The position numbers were made by a program, and so were the translations under genes. From NCBI GenBank assembly GCA_937957985.1, contig CALGOH010000223.1, positions 4,756 to 68,755 of the forward strand: a stretch of 64,000 bases of DNA. The letters are read 5' to 3'. Under the pieces are notes generated by a model. That model had not been told where the DNA came from and made no database searches. It was given only the letters and a program-made list of their open reading frames with translations. This stretch comes from an uncultured Verrucomicrobiae bacterium. GTDB taxonomy: Bacteria; Verrucomicrobiota; Verrucomicrobiia; Verrucomicrobiales; Akkermansiaceae. This document shows, in pieces, positions 9,017 to 20,975 of the stretch (position 1 is the stretch's first letter; every line of letters starts with the position of its first letter).

Positions 9017-9799
9017 ATGCCGGACCCGCGCGCCACCCTGCTGATACCCAGCTACAACACCGGCCCCATCCTCCGGCAGACGGTCGAGGCCGCCCTCGGC
9101 ACCTCGCTCCCGGTCCGCGTGGTGATCGACGGCTCGACCGACGGTTCGGACGCCTGCCTCGGGGGCCTCGACGGCGATCTCGTGGTCCACCGCTTTGCCG
9201 AAAACCGCGGCAAGGGCGCCGCCGTGCTCCACGGCCTGCGGCTCGCCCGCGAGGAGGGCTTCACCCACGCCCTGTGCATGGATGCCGACGGCCAGCATCC
9301 CGCCACCGCCGTGCCGGGCTTCGTGGAAATCCTCCGCCGGCATCCCGAGGCCGCCGTCTTCGGTCGCCCCGTCTTCGACGCCTCGGCGCCGGCGCTCCGC
9401 GTGAACGGACGCAAGGTCTCCAACTTCTGGGCCAACCTCGAAACGCTCGGATGGGGCATCGACGACTCGCTCTTCGGCATGCGCCTCTACCCGATCGGCC
9501 CGCTGATCGAGGTCCTCGAGGAAACGAAGTTCGCCCGCCGCTTCGACTTCGATCCCGAGGTCGCCGTGCGGTTGGCGTGGAAGGGCGTGCCGATCGTCAA
9601 CCTGCCGACGCCGGTCCGCTACCTCACCGAGGAGGAGGGCGGCGTTTCGCAGTTCCGCTACCTGCGCGACAACACGCTGCTCACCTGGATGCACATCCGC
9701 CTCTTCTTCGGCTTCGTCGGCCGCCTGCCGTGGCTCGTGCTCCGCGGCGGAAATCCCCTCCTGCACCTCAGCCCGCCCCATTCCCCGCCGCCGGCATGA
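9017..9799 (+). CDS. Family 2 glycosyltransferase
   Basis: LLIPSYNTGPILRQTVEAAL...VVIDGSTDGS...ENRGKGAAV...CMDADGQHP is the canonical GT2 (GT-A) N-terminal pattern. Confidence 0.8.
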   Translation: MPDPRATLLIPSYNTGPILRQTVEAALGTSLPVRVVIDGSTDGSDACLGGLDGDLVVHRFAENRGKGAAVLHGLRLAREEGFTHALCMDADGQHPATAVPGFVEILRRHPEAAVFGRPVFDASAPALRVNGRKVSNFWANLETLGWGIDDSLFGMRLYPIGPLIEVLEETKFARRFDFDPEVAVRLAWKGVPIVNLPTPVRYLTEEEGGVSQFRYLRDNTLLTWMHIRLFFGFVGRLPWLVLRGGNPLLHLSPPHSPPPA

Positions 9800-10431
9800 A
9801 CCGCGTCCACCAACACATCCGGCAGGTTTGGGACCGCCAGTACGTCGCCGCCAAGCTGCGCTCCGACCCGCTCTATCAGGCCGTGCTCGACGAGCTGCGC
9901 GACAGCCCGCTGCCGCTGCTCGACCTCGGCTGCGGCCTTGGCGTGCTCGCCTTCTACCTGCGCGAACACGGCCTCGAAGTCCCGGTCCACTCGCTCGACT
10001 ACGACCGGCGCAAGATCGCCGAAGCCGAACGTCTCGCCGCCGAGCGGGGGATCCGGGGACTCAGCTTCGCCTTCCACGACGCCCGCCAGGGACTCCCGGA
10101 TCACTCCGGCAACGTCACCATTCTCGACATCCTCCAGTTCTTCACGCCGGAGGAAATCCACGCCCTCCTGACCCTCGCCGCCGAACGCGTGGCACCGGGC
10201 GGCAAGCTCGTCATCCGCTCCGGGCTGCGCGACGACTCGTGGCGCTTCAAGGCCACCGTCGCCGGCGACATCCTCGCCAAGGCGACGCTGTGGATGAAGG
10301 CGGCACCCATCCACTACCCGACCGCCGGGGATTTCCGCAGCGCCCTCGAACCCCACGGCGGGGTGCGCGTCTCACCGCTGTGGGGCGGCACCCCCTTCAA
10401 CAACCACCTCATCGTGCTGGAGAAGGCCTGA
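9796..10431 (+). CDS. Class I SAM-dependent methyltransferase
   Basis: ATGA-type overlap with the GT2 gene. Motif I reads LLDLGCGLGVLAFYL, with a later GGKLVIRS. Only the 3' third of ORF 8980..10431 is credible. Confidence 0.7.
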   Translation: MNRVHQHIRQVWDRQYVAAKLRSDPLYQAVLDELRDSPLPLLDLGCGLGVLAFYLREHGLEVPVHSLDYDRRKIAEAERLAAERGIRGLSFAFHDARQGLPDHSGNVTILDILQFFTPEEIHALLTLAAERVAPGGKLVIRSGLRDDSWRFKATVAGDILAKATLWMKAAPIHYPTAGDFRSALEPHGGVRVSPLWGGTPFNNHLIVLEKA

Positions 10432-11598
10432 GGCCGAAAGCCGTTCGAGCACCCGCCCGAGCAGCTCCACGCTCACCGGTGCTCCCTGGTGCAGGAGCAG
10501 GATGTCCCCGTCTCCGGCACCCTCGGTCAGCCGGGCCGTCATGCGCCCGACGTCGGTCTCCACCGTGTCGAAGGCCCGCCGCGACCACGCCACCACCTCC
10601 ATCCCGAGCTCGTCGGTCACCGGGTGGGTGAAGTAGTTGCTGTGGCCGACCGGCGCCCGGAACCAGCGCGGCGTCACGCCGGCGACCTCCTCGATCGCCC
10701 GCTGGCATCCGGTGATCTCGCGCCGCGTCCGACCGGGACCCAGGCACCACATGACGGCCTGCGGGTGGGACATCGTGTGATTGCCGAGTTCATGACCGCG
10801 CGCCGCGATCTCCCGCACCAACTCCGGGAACTCTCGTACTTTGTCCCCGATCAGGAAGAACACCGCCTTCACGCCGTGGCGGTCCAGCAGGTCGAGGATC
10901 GCCGGCGTGTCGTCGGGATGCGGTCCGTCGTCGAGGGTGATCAGCACACCCTTTCCCCGGACCTTCGTCGCGACCCGGCCGTAGAGCCCCGAGTCCGGAA
11001 GCAGGGTTCCCCAGCACCACAAGGCCGAGATGCCGGCCCCGCAGGCCACGCCCCACGGCCACCCGAGCCGCCACCAGGCCAGCCCCATCACCAGGTGCAG
11101 CGCGACCGCCAGGACCGTTCTGGCGAGCGTCCCGCCCCGGCCCTCCAAGCCCATCACCCGGTGCCAGCCGAGCGCCAGCAGCCCGATGCCCTGGAGACCG
11201 AGAAACCCCAGCCACACCCACGCGGTCGCACCCGCAAGGCCGGGTCCCGCCGCCCACCACGACCATCCGCCCAGCACCACCGCCCAGCACCAGAAGGCCG
11301 CGCCCGGCGAACGACGCCCGAAGCCGAACGACAGCACATGCAGCGCGAGAAACAATCCGGGCAGAACGACCAACCCGGCCAGCCACGGCCCGCCGACCCG
11401 CCACAACCCGTCGAAGATCGCCACGCCCAGCACCACCGGGACCAGCACCGAAAGCAGCCGCCACTCGAAGCGGTGCATCGCCCGGCACCCCGCCAACCGG
11501 ACCGCATCGCCCTCCGGCTCGACCAGCCTGCCGCCGAAGGCCCGGAACAGCGGCGTGACCGCCCGGTTGTCACGCAGGCGCACGGTCTCGCGCTTCAT
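10372..11598 (-). CDS. Polysaccharide deacetylase (NodB homology) with N-terminal polytopic membrane domain
   Basis: C-terminal [31 protein letters not shown]...[11 protein letters not shown]...RWFRAPVG. The N-terminal half has several W/G/L-rich TM segments. The start at ATG 11598 overlaps the stop of the upstream acyltransferase. Confidence 0.75.
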   Translation of the reverse strand: MKRETVRLRDNRAVTPLFRAFGGRLVEPEGDAVRLAGCRAMHRFEWRLLSVLVPVVLGVAIFDGLWRVGGPWLAGLVVLPGLFLALHVLSFGFGRRSPGAAFWCWAVVLGGWSWWAAGPGLAGATAWVWLGFLGLQGIGLLALGWHRVMGLEGRGGTLARTVLAVALHLVMGLAWWRLGWPWGVACGAGISALWCWGTLLPDSGLYGRVATKVRGKGVLITLDDGPHPDDTPAILDLLDRHGVKAVFFLIGDKVREFPELVREIAARGHELGNHTMSHPQAVMWCLGPGRTRREITGCQRAIEEVAGVTPRWFRAPVGHSNYFTHPVTDELGMEVVAWSRRAFDTVETDVGRMTARLTEGAGDGDILLLHQGAPVSVELLGRVLERLSASGLLQHDEVVVEGGAAPQR

Positions 11599-12536
11599 GC
11601 CCCGCCTCCTTTCACCCGACGGAAGACCGGCTCGAACACGAACCATTGCGCCCAGTGCGGTTTCACCACCTCGAGAATGGCATCCGCCCAGACCCTGACC
11701 CCCGGATCCTCCCCGCGACCCCGCGTCCGCGCCGGCAGCTCCAGCGGCGGGAAAACCCTCACCCGGTAGCGCCGCCACCCGTCCCGCAGGATGAAGAGCG
11801 GAAACACCGCGACCCCCGACACCCGCGCCACGATCAAGGGTCCCCGCGGCAACTTCATCATCAGCCCTTCGCCGACATCGACCTGCATCGGCGACACCTC
11901 GAACACCACCCGGTCGCCCTGCACCGCCACCACCTTTCCCTCCCGCAGCAGCCGCGCCAACTCCACGCCGAGCATCTCGCCCCCGTCGTTGTAGAGCGTG
12001 CGGAAGAGCGGATTCCGGCGCTCCTGCCCGCGCAGCTCCGCCTCGCGGATCCTCTGCAGCTCCGGATCCCGCTCCGGCGCCCTCACCGCATAGATCGTGC
12101 GGCCGAACTTCGAGGAGAACAGCGGCGCCGCCATGTCATAGTTTCCCATGTGCGCGGTCAGGATCAGGCACCCGTCGGACGTCGCCGCGAGACGGTCGAA
12201 AGCGTCGATCCCCTCGATCACCCAGTCCACGTCGCCCGTCCCCGTCTCGCAGCGCAGGGCATCGACGTAGGTCGCCGCGAAATTCCAGAACACCCGGTAG
12301 GCGCCGACCCAGGCGCGCGGCCCCGACCAGCTCGGAAAGAGCGCCCGGAGATTGCCCGCCACCGCCCGCCGCTGCTCGCCGGCGACGAGGAAAACCAGCG
12401 CCGTCCACATCGCCACCAGCACCGGCTCCACGAACCACGGCCCGCTCTTCAACCCACGCATCAGGAACCGCGTCGGCAGGTCCCCGTAGACTCCGAACCG
12501 CTGCTTCCAGCTCACCCCTTGCTGCTCCTCGCTCAA
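11595..12536 (-). CDS. Lysophospholipid/lipid A-type acyltransferase (LPLAT, LpxL/HtrB-like)
   Basis: 313 aa with an N-terminal TM segment. [16 protein letters not shown] carries the H-x4-D-like motif. The overall pattern resembles lauroyl/myristoyl acyltransferases. Confidence 0.65.
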   Translation of the reverse strand: MSEEQQGVSWKQRFGVYGDLPTRFLMRGLKSGPWFVEPVLVAMWTALVFLVAGEQRRAVAGNLRALFPSWSGPRAWVGAYRVFWNFAATYVDALRCETGTGDVDWVIEGIDAFDRLAATSDGCLILTAHMGNYDMAAPLFSSKFGRTIYAVRAPERDPELQRIREAELRGQERRNPLFRTLYNDGGEMLGVELARLLREGKVVAVQGDRVVFEVSPMQVDVGEGLMMKLPRGPLIVARVSGVAVFPLFILRDGWRRYRVRVFPPLELPARTRGRGEDPGVRVWADAILEVVKPHWAQWFVFEPVFRRVKGGGA

Positions 12537-12647
12537 CGCTCCCCGAGCAAAGAGTCCGCCCCCGCCACTGGCAAGCCCCGGACGCGCTCCGAACGCTACC
12601 TGTTTTCAAACTTCCTCCCCGCCCCGGCGGCCGCTATCTTTCTCCGA

Positions 12648-13853
12648 ATGCTCGATTTCTCGTCCATCAGCCCCTTGCTCCTCCGCTGCCTGCTGCTCGC
12701 AGTAGCTGCCTGGGGTCTCGGTCACGCCACCACCACTCCGGCCCGATCCCCCTCTCCCGGCACCTTGCATGCCTCTTATGCGACGGCGGAACCCATCGAT
12801 CTCCCCTTACCCCGGACCCGCCCCGCGCCCCGGATCTCGGTTCGGCATGTCGCCGCCTACGTCTACGACGACCGTGACTCCTCCCTGATTCGTGCGGTCC
12901 GCGCGCTGCCGGAATCCCCGCAACCATCAGCACTTTGCGCCCTCGTGCTGTCCCTCGGCATCACCCGTGGCGATCGCCGCCGCCGCCGACCCACCCTTAC
13001 GTCCGGCTTCCATCACCGGCCCCGACGAAACCGCCGGACTACGACTACGATACCACGGCCTGCACCACCCGCACCACAGCCGACCGGCACCAGCCACCGT
13101 CCGCAACGCCGCTCCGCCACCGCTCCGCCACCCCTCCATCAGGTCCCTCTTTGGCCATCCAGGGATCCGATTGAGGAAGAGGGAGGGTTGAACCTGTATG
13201 GGTTCGTGGGGAATGATGGAGTGAATGCCATCGATCTGCTTGGGAATCTGGAATATGATCATACGGGTGGACTTGATTCAGAGACGGTGTATCACCCTGG
13301 ACGTCAGGGTCGGGTTCCTGGTTCGGGAAGATGGACTGGGTTCGATGGTGAATTTGGCTACAGTGTGATTTTGTCGCACATCGTTCCAGATCACTATGAG
13401 TCAAGAGTCTTGGTGAATCTTATTGAATTTGAATGGTCGCTGACAACTAGATGGGGTGACGAGGCTTCTGGAAGCTACGCAAAGATTGACCTGTTTGAGA
13501 CATTTCCCGGTGGCTTTTATTACGATGATGTGCATTCCCTTCCTATTGGGTTTATTGAAGCCTTGGGATGGGATGTTTCAGAGCTCTGTTCGTTTACCGA
13601 GGAAAGAGAGGGCACGGTCGCTTTGGTTCGACCTGATTCATTCTTGGCTGACCCGGGAATGAATAGGGATCCTAAGACCGGTGATCTCATCAATAATCGT
13701 GTGATTCCGAATCCTGATGCCATTAGATCACAGATGGAGATTCCTTATCTCTCAGTCTATTCACTCGACTATTTTTGGTTAAGTGACGATGGATTTTCTT
13801 CAGGAGGATCTATTGGCGTTCTTGAGGAGTTGGATGGATCACCCTTCTTTTAG
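12648..13853 (+). CDS. Rhs-core-end motif plus polymorphic-toxin-like C-terminal domain (orphan cassette); N-terminal part uncertain
   Basis: Codons at 13161-13245 read [28 protein letters not shown], the DPxGxxGGxNLYxYVxN...D..G boundary motif of RHS/YD proteins. An unassignable, AT-richer domain of about 200 aa follows. Upstream, a signal-like [27 protein letters not shown] is followed by P/R/T-rich high-G+C sequence with no YD repeats. Confidence 0.6.
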   Translation: MLDFSSISPLLLRCLLLAVAAWGLGHATTTPARSPSPGTLHASYATAEPIDLPLPRTRPAPRISVRHVAAYVYDDRDSSLIRAVRALPESPQPSALCALVLSLGITRGDRRRRRPTLTSGFHHRPRRNRRTTTTIPRPAPPAPQPTGTSHRPQRRSATAPPPLHQVPLWPSRDPIEEEGGLNLYGFVGNDGVNAIDLLGNLEYDHTGGLDSETVYHPGRQGRVPGSGRWTGFDGEFGYSVILSHIVPDHYESRVLVNLIEFEWSLTTRWGDEASGSYAKIDLFETFPGGFYYDDVHSLPIGFIEALGWDVSELCSFTEEREGTVALVRPDSFLADPGMNRDPKTGDLINNRVIPNPDAIRSQMEIPYLSVYSLDYFWLSDDGFSSGGSIGVLEELDGSPFF

Positions 13854-13861
13854 GATCTGAC

Positions 13862-14284
13862 ATGAAATACTTAGTATTATTATTTTTTCTGTTGATGATG
13901 AATCCGGGTGTCTGTGATCTCTTCTTTCTCGATCGATTCCATTTGACGCTACTGAGCAGGGGTGTAGACCTTGACTACGAGTTGGATTACAAAGGAAATT
14001 TGTCAAAGAGGCAACTCGGTGACTCGTCGATACTTGGGAATGCGGGGACCTGGAAGATTACCGATGGCGAGCACGTTTACTACCTTCGAGTCTCTCAGGA
14101 GGCTGATGAAGTCACCAAGGCGAAAGAAGGCTGGGTGAAGGTGTCTGCGGCCCCCGATGCTTGGGTGTTGATGATGAATGAACGTGGTGCTGTGCTCGTG
14201 AAGGACAAGGTGTTTCGTTCACGGGTCGAAGCCCGGGTTTTCTTGGAAGAGGTGAGCAAGGCTTACCAGCAAGCGACTGAGTAA
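13862..14284 (+). CDS. Putative cognate immunity protein (hypothetical, N-terminal signal/anchor)
   Basis: 140-aa ORF starting 8 bp after the toxin-like ORF, with the same low G+C. It has a hydrophobic N-terminus MKYLVLLFFLLMMNPGVC. The call rests on position only. Confidence 0.5.
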   Translation: MKYLVLLFFLLMMNPGVCDLFFLDRFHLTLLSRGVDLDYELDYKGNLSKRQLGDSSILGNAGTWKITDGEHVYYLRVSQEADEVTKAKEGWVKVSAAPDAWVLMMNERGAVLVKDKVFRSRVEARVFLEEVSKAYQQATE

Positions 14285-14381
14285 GGTCTTATGAATGGGA
14301 ATAGTTGCAGCCAACCGCATTGGGCGTGCCAACCGGTTTCCATGCCAAGTTTCGGATCGAAGCTTCTCGTGTGGTGTCCTT

Positions 14382-14534
14382 GGGGTCGGTCCTTGCATTT
14401 CGCAATTGCTACGGTGTTCACGGAGCCTTGAGGGTTACGGTCCGCAGCACTTTTTGAACTTCCGGCCGCTGCCGCAGGGGCAGGGATCGTTGGATGGGGT
14501 CGGTCCGCGCATTTCGCAATTGCTACGGCATTCA
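14382..14534. repeat. Two 39-nt direct repeats (35/39 identical) 114 bp apart in an unassigned spacer
   Basis: GGGGTCGGTCCTTGCATTTCGCAATTGCTACGGTGTTCA at 14382-14420 and GGGGTCGGTCCGCGCATTTCGCAATTGCTACGGCATTCA at 14496-14534. Each contains the palindrome GCAATTGC. Confidence 0.8.
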
Positions 14535-14934
14535 TGGTAGATTTGGCCGGAAGGGTCCGGTTTGCTCCTTCGGCCTTCGAAGTCCGTGTCTTTCCGCGCT
14601 CCACTCTGCGGCGCGCCGCATGGTGTCGGGAATGTGGTTTCCGGTGAGGGTGATCTTGAGTTCGTCGGGATGGGGTCGTCCGGGCTTGGTCTTGAAGAGG
14701 GTCGGTCCTAGAAAACGAGCACAAGCCTTTCCTGCTACGTCGGAAACAGTAGAAGCGAAGTCCCTCCGGACCCCGGCTCGAAATGCTCCGCTCCTCAAAG
14801 CCAGGCTCCACACCGCCAAACATGCCACTGGCGTGCTGATCACGGGTGCTGCTGGCCTATGTTCTCCGGGGTCTCTCCGGGGTCCCAAAATTCCAAGGCT
14901 GTCGACGCGTAGGCAGCGGACTGGGGGCGGGTCA

Positions 14935-15024
14935 TGGCGGACAGGGAGGGATTCGAACCCTCGGTACTCTTGCGAGCACACTCGCTTTCCAGGCGAGCCC
15001 ATTCGACCACTCTGGCACCTGCCC
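14935..15024 (-). tRNA. tRNA-Ser (anticodon GGA)
   Basis: The reverse complement is GGGCAGGTGCCAGAGTGGTCGAATGGGCTCGCCTGGAAAGCGAGTGTGCTCGCAAGAGTACCGAGGGTTCGAATCCCTCCCTGTCCGCCA. It has a 7-bp acceptor stem with a G3-U70 wobble, anticodon loop CTGGAAA, a long variable arm, T-loop GGTTCGAATCC and an encoded CCA. Confidence 0.92.
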
Positions 15025-15307
15025 TGCATCTCCCGGCTGCTCCGCCGGGAGGGCGCGCACCCTAGGAATCCCCCCATCGCTTGGCAATACTTTTGGAAAG
15101 CCCCGACGGGGCGTCTCCATTCGGGAATCCGAACCAAGATTGAAGGGGCCCCGAAGGCGCTGATTCCCGACGGCGCCAAGTCGAAGACGCGCCATGGGGC
15201 GGAAACGCCCACCGCGTCACCCTGGCCTTCCCAAGTGCGACAGGCTGTCCCGGATCCCGATGGGGTCGGCACGCTTCGGACATCGCCTCGATTTGTTATT
15301 TCACTGA

Positions 15308-17356
<2,049 letters not shown>

Positions 17357-17361
17357 TGTAA

Positions 17362-17859
17362 ATGCCCCGGCAAACAAGTAAAATTGACTCGCTTATGCCT
17401 CTAAATACAGACACGCGGAGGGCTCTAAATGCCCTGATCGAGCGACTGTCGGCGCATGAACAAGAGACAGTAGAGATGAACTTTGCGCTCGGCGACTTCT
17501 TAAACGAAATCGTAGAGCAAAACGGTTCGAGGGGTGTTGCAAGGGTCGCGAGCAAGGAACTACGAAGGTTAACCGGACTCAATGAGTCAACATTCGAGTC
17601 AAATGCGCGATTGGCACGTCGGATCCCAAAACCCCGACGCACCAGTGGGGTCCCTTGGGGGGTATTACGATATCTCGGACTTGATTTGAATCCCAAGCGA
17701 TTCAACACCGACGAAAACACATTTTCAAAAGCCCTAGCAATGCTCATCAAGCGTGTCAAGAGCCGGAGTCTAACGCTTGTAGATCTCAAGGTAATGCAGC
17801 CAAGTGGATTGACTCTGGGAGAAGAGCTCATGAGAGAGACCCTTGAGAACAAGGTCTAG
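17362..17859 (+). CDS. Hypothetical protein with HTH-like segment, low G+C
   Basis: 165-aa ORF starting 5 nt after the dnaK stop. It is visibly AT-richer than its flanks. The segment ELRRLTGLNESTFESNARLARR looks helix-turn-helix-like. Confidence 0.5.
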   Translation: MPRQTSKIDSLMPLNTDTRRALNALIERLSAHEQETVEMNFALGDFLNEIVEQNGSRGVARVASKELRRLTGLNESTFESNARLARRIPKPRRTSGVPWGVLRYLGLDLNPKRFNTDENTFSKALAMLIKRVKSRSLTLVDLKVMQPSGLTLGEELMRETLENKV

Positions 17860-17875
17860 ACACCGAGGAGACATC

Positions 17876-18595
17876 ATGACCCTCACCTCCAAACACTCAC
17901 GCCTCACCGAGCTGCGGCCGCTTTCTCCGGAAGCGGTGCGCAGCGTGGCGGAGGCGTGGGAGGTGCGGATGATCTACGAGTCGAACTCGATCGAGGGCAA
18001 CTCGCTCACGCTGCGCGAAACGGAACTGGTGCTTTCGAAAGGCGTCACCGTCTCGGGTAAGCCGCTCAAGGACCACCTCGAAGCCGTCAACCTGAGCAAG
18101 GCCTGGGATCGTCTGAAGCAACTCGCCGGTCCCGACGCCACCTTCACCGAGCGCGACCTGTTCGACCTCCACGGCATCATCCTCGGCGGCATCGACGACC
18201 GCGGTGCCGGTCGCTACCGCGACTCCGCGGTGCGCATCGCCGGCTCCAACCACGTGCCGCCGAACCCCGTCAAGGTGCCCGACCTGATGGAGCAGCTCTT
18301 CGCCGGGGCTGTGGGCGTTTCCGACCCGGTCGAGCGTGCCGCGAAACTCCACCACGGCATCGCGGCCATCCATCCCTTCCACGACGGCAATGGCCGCGCC
18401 GCGCGGCTGGCAATGAACTTCGTGCTCATCGCCGCCGGCTATCCACCCGTCTCGATCTCCCCCGACCTGCGCGCCGACTACTACAATGCGCTGGAGCAGG
18501 CCGACGCCGGCGACTTCGCCGCCTGGCTCGATTTTCTCACCACCCATCTCGACCGCGAACTCGACCTCTGGCTCGAAGCCCTCGCGGAAAAGTAA
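17876..18595 (+). CDS. fic: Fic-family protein (AMPylase-type), class II with N-terminal inhibitory motif
   Basis: Fic motif [17 protein letters not shown]-terminal SNSIEG matches the (S/T)xxxE(G/N) inhibitory helix. GGAG lies 7 nt upstream of ATG 17876. Confidence 0.88.
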   Translation: MTLTSKHSRLTELRPLSPEAVRSVAEAWEVRMIYESNSIEGNSLTLRETELVLSKGVTVSGKPLKDHLEAVNLSKAWDRLKQLAGPDATFTERDLFDLHGIILGGIDDRGAGRYRDSAVRIAGSNHVPPNPVKVPDLMEQLFAGAVGVSDPVERAAKLHHGIAAIHPFHDGNGRAARLAMNFVLIAAGYPPVSISPDLRADYYNALEQADAGDFAAWLDFLTTHLDRELDLWLEALAEK

Positions 18596-18602
18596 CCCCT
18601 CT

Positions 18603-18629
18603 CCGGTCCGCAGGTGCGGATCGGTTTTT
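18603..18629 (+). terminator. Rho-independent terminator after fic
   Basis: CCGGTCCGC-AGGT-GCGGATCGG stem-loop (one G-U pair) followed by TTTTT. Confidence 0.6.
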
Positions 18630-18663
18630 CAACCACCAACAACAAACCAACAACACAAACAAC

Positions 18664-18954
18664 ATGGCCAACATCCAACCGATCGGATCGCGTGTGCTCG
18701 TGAAGCGGCTTGATGCCGAAGAAGTCTCCGCCGGAGGCATCGTTCTTCCCGACACCGCCAAGGAGAAGCCCCAGGAAGCCGAAGTCGTCGCCCTCGGGAC
18801 CGGCGGCAAGGACGACAACGGAAACACCATCGAGTTCACCGTGAAGGTGGGCGACAAGGTGCTCATCTCCAAGTACGGCGGCACCGACGTGAAACTCGAC
18901 GGAGTCGACATGCTCATCCTCTCCGAATCCGACATCCTGGGCATCATCAGCTGA
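18664..18954 (+). CDS. groES: Co-chaperonin GroES
   Basis: [47 protein letters not shown]...[18 protein letters not shown], 96 aa, immediately upstream of groEL. Confidence 0.95.
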   Translation: MANIQPIGSRVLVKRLDAEEVSAGGIVLPDTAKEKPQEAEVVALGTGGKDDNGNTIEFTVKVGDKVLISKYGGTDVKLDGVDMLILSESDILGIIS

Positions 18955-19053
18955 CGCTCCGCGTCAGGGATATTGGAAATTGGGATATTGGAGATTGAGG
19001 ATTCTTCCTCGCTTCGCTCCCGAGCCAGTTTCCCTAATCACTTAATCACCTAA

Positions 19054-20706
<1,653 letters not shown>

Positions 20707-20727
20707 TCGCCGAACACCGAATCCCAA

Positions 20728-20759
20728 GACCGGGCAGCGCGAGCTGCCCGGTCTTTTTT
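20728..20759 (+). terminator. Rho-independent terminator after groEL
   Basis: GACCGGGCAGC-GCGA-GCTGCCCGGTC perfect 11-bp stem followed by TTTTTT. Confidence 0.85.
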
Positions 20760-20761
20760 AT

Positions 20762-20919
20762 GGAGTGCGGTGGCTTGCCACCGCTTTCGAGCTACGAAGA
20801 AGCGCAGCTCTTCCCCAAAGCTCCGCCCGACGCAGAAGGCTCTCTTGCCTCGCCCCAAGCACCCAGGAGCAAGGAGCGTTCCCAGGTCGCCCAAAAGCGG
20901 TGGCAAGCCACCGCACTCC
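20762..20919. repeat. MITE/REP-like element with 26-nt perfect terminal inverted repeats
   Basis: GGAGTGCGGTGGCTTGCCACCGCTTT (20762-20787) and its exact reverse complement AAAGCGGTGGCAAGCCACCGCACTCC (20894-20919). Each arm is itself a GCGGTGGC/GCCACCGC hairpin. Confidence 0.75.
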
Positions 20920-20975
20920 AAGTCCCCCCACTCTTCCGGCTGGAAAAGCGACGACTCTTCGCGCACGGTCTGTAC

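Noticed and set aside
8980-10431. 483-aa ORF 8980..10431 as one protein.
   Set aside because: The first 270 or so codons are an out-of-frame read of the GT2 gene. Only the methyltransferase part from ATG 9796 is real.
11646-12647. N-terminal 334 codons of the 735-aa ORF 11646..13853.
   Set aside because: This part is antisense to the well-supported LPLAT acyltransferase gene and is P/R/H-rich. Only the part from ATG 12648, and robustly only from about 13150, is considered.
13000-13160. Possible decayed Rhs core tail in alternative frames (for example [26 protein letters not shown]), which would suggest a frameshifted full-length rhs remnant.
   Set aside because: The similarity to the DxxTGLxYxxxRYYDPxxGRF consensus is too weak and the spacing is wrong. 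It cannot be supported by eye, so it is left as a caveat on the toxin N-terminus.
13180-13200. GAGGGAGGGTTGAACC, considered as a partial direct repeat of the tRNA-Ser 3' end (AGGGAGGGATTCGAACC), i.e. a possible attL/attR pair.
   Set aside because: The match is short and interrupted, and it falls inside the codons for the conserved EEGGLNLY motif. It is most likely coincidental.
18596-18663. CIRCE/HrcA operator (TTAGCACTC-N9-GAGTGCTAA) or a sigma32-type promoter upstream of groES. The region upstream of dnaK (15025-15424) was checked for the same elements.
   Set aside because: No CIRCE-like inverted repeat is present in either region, and only weak, unconvincing CCCCAT-like strings were found. 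No call is made.
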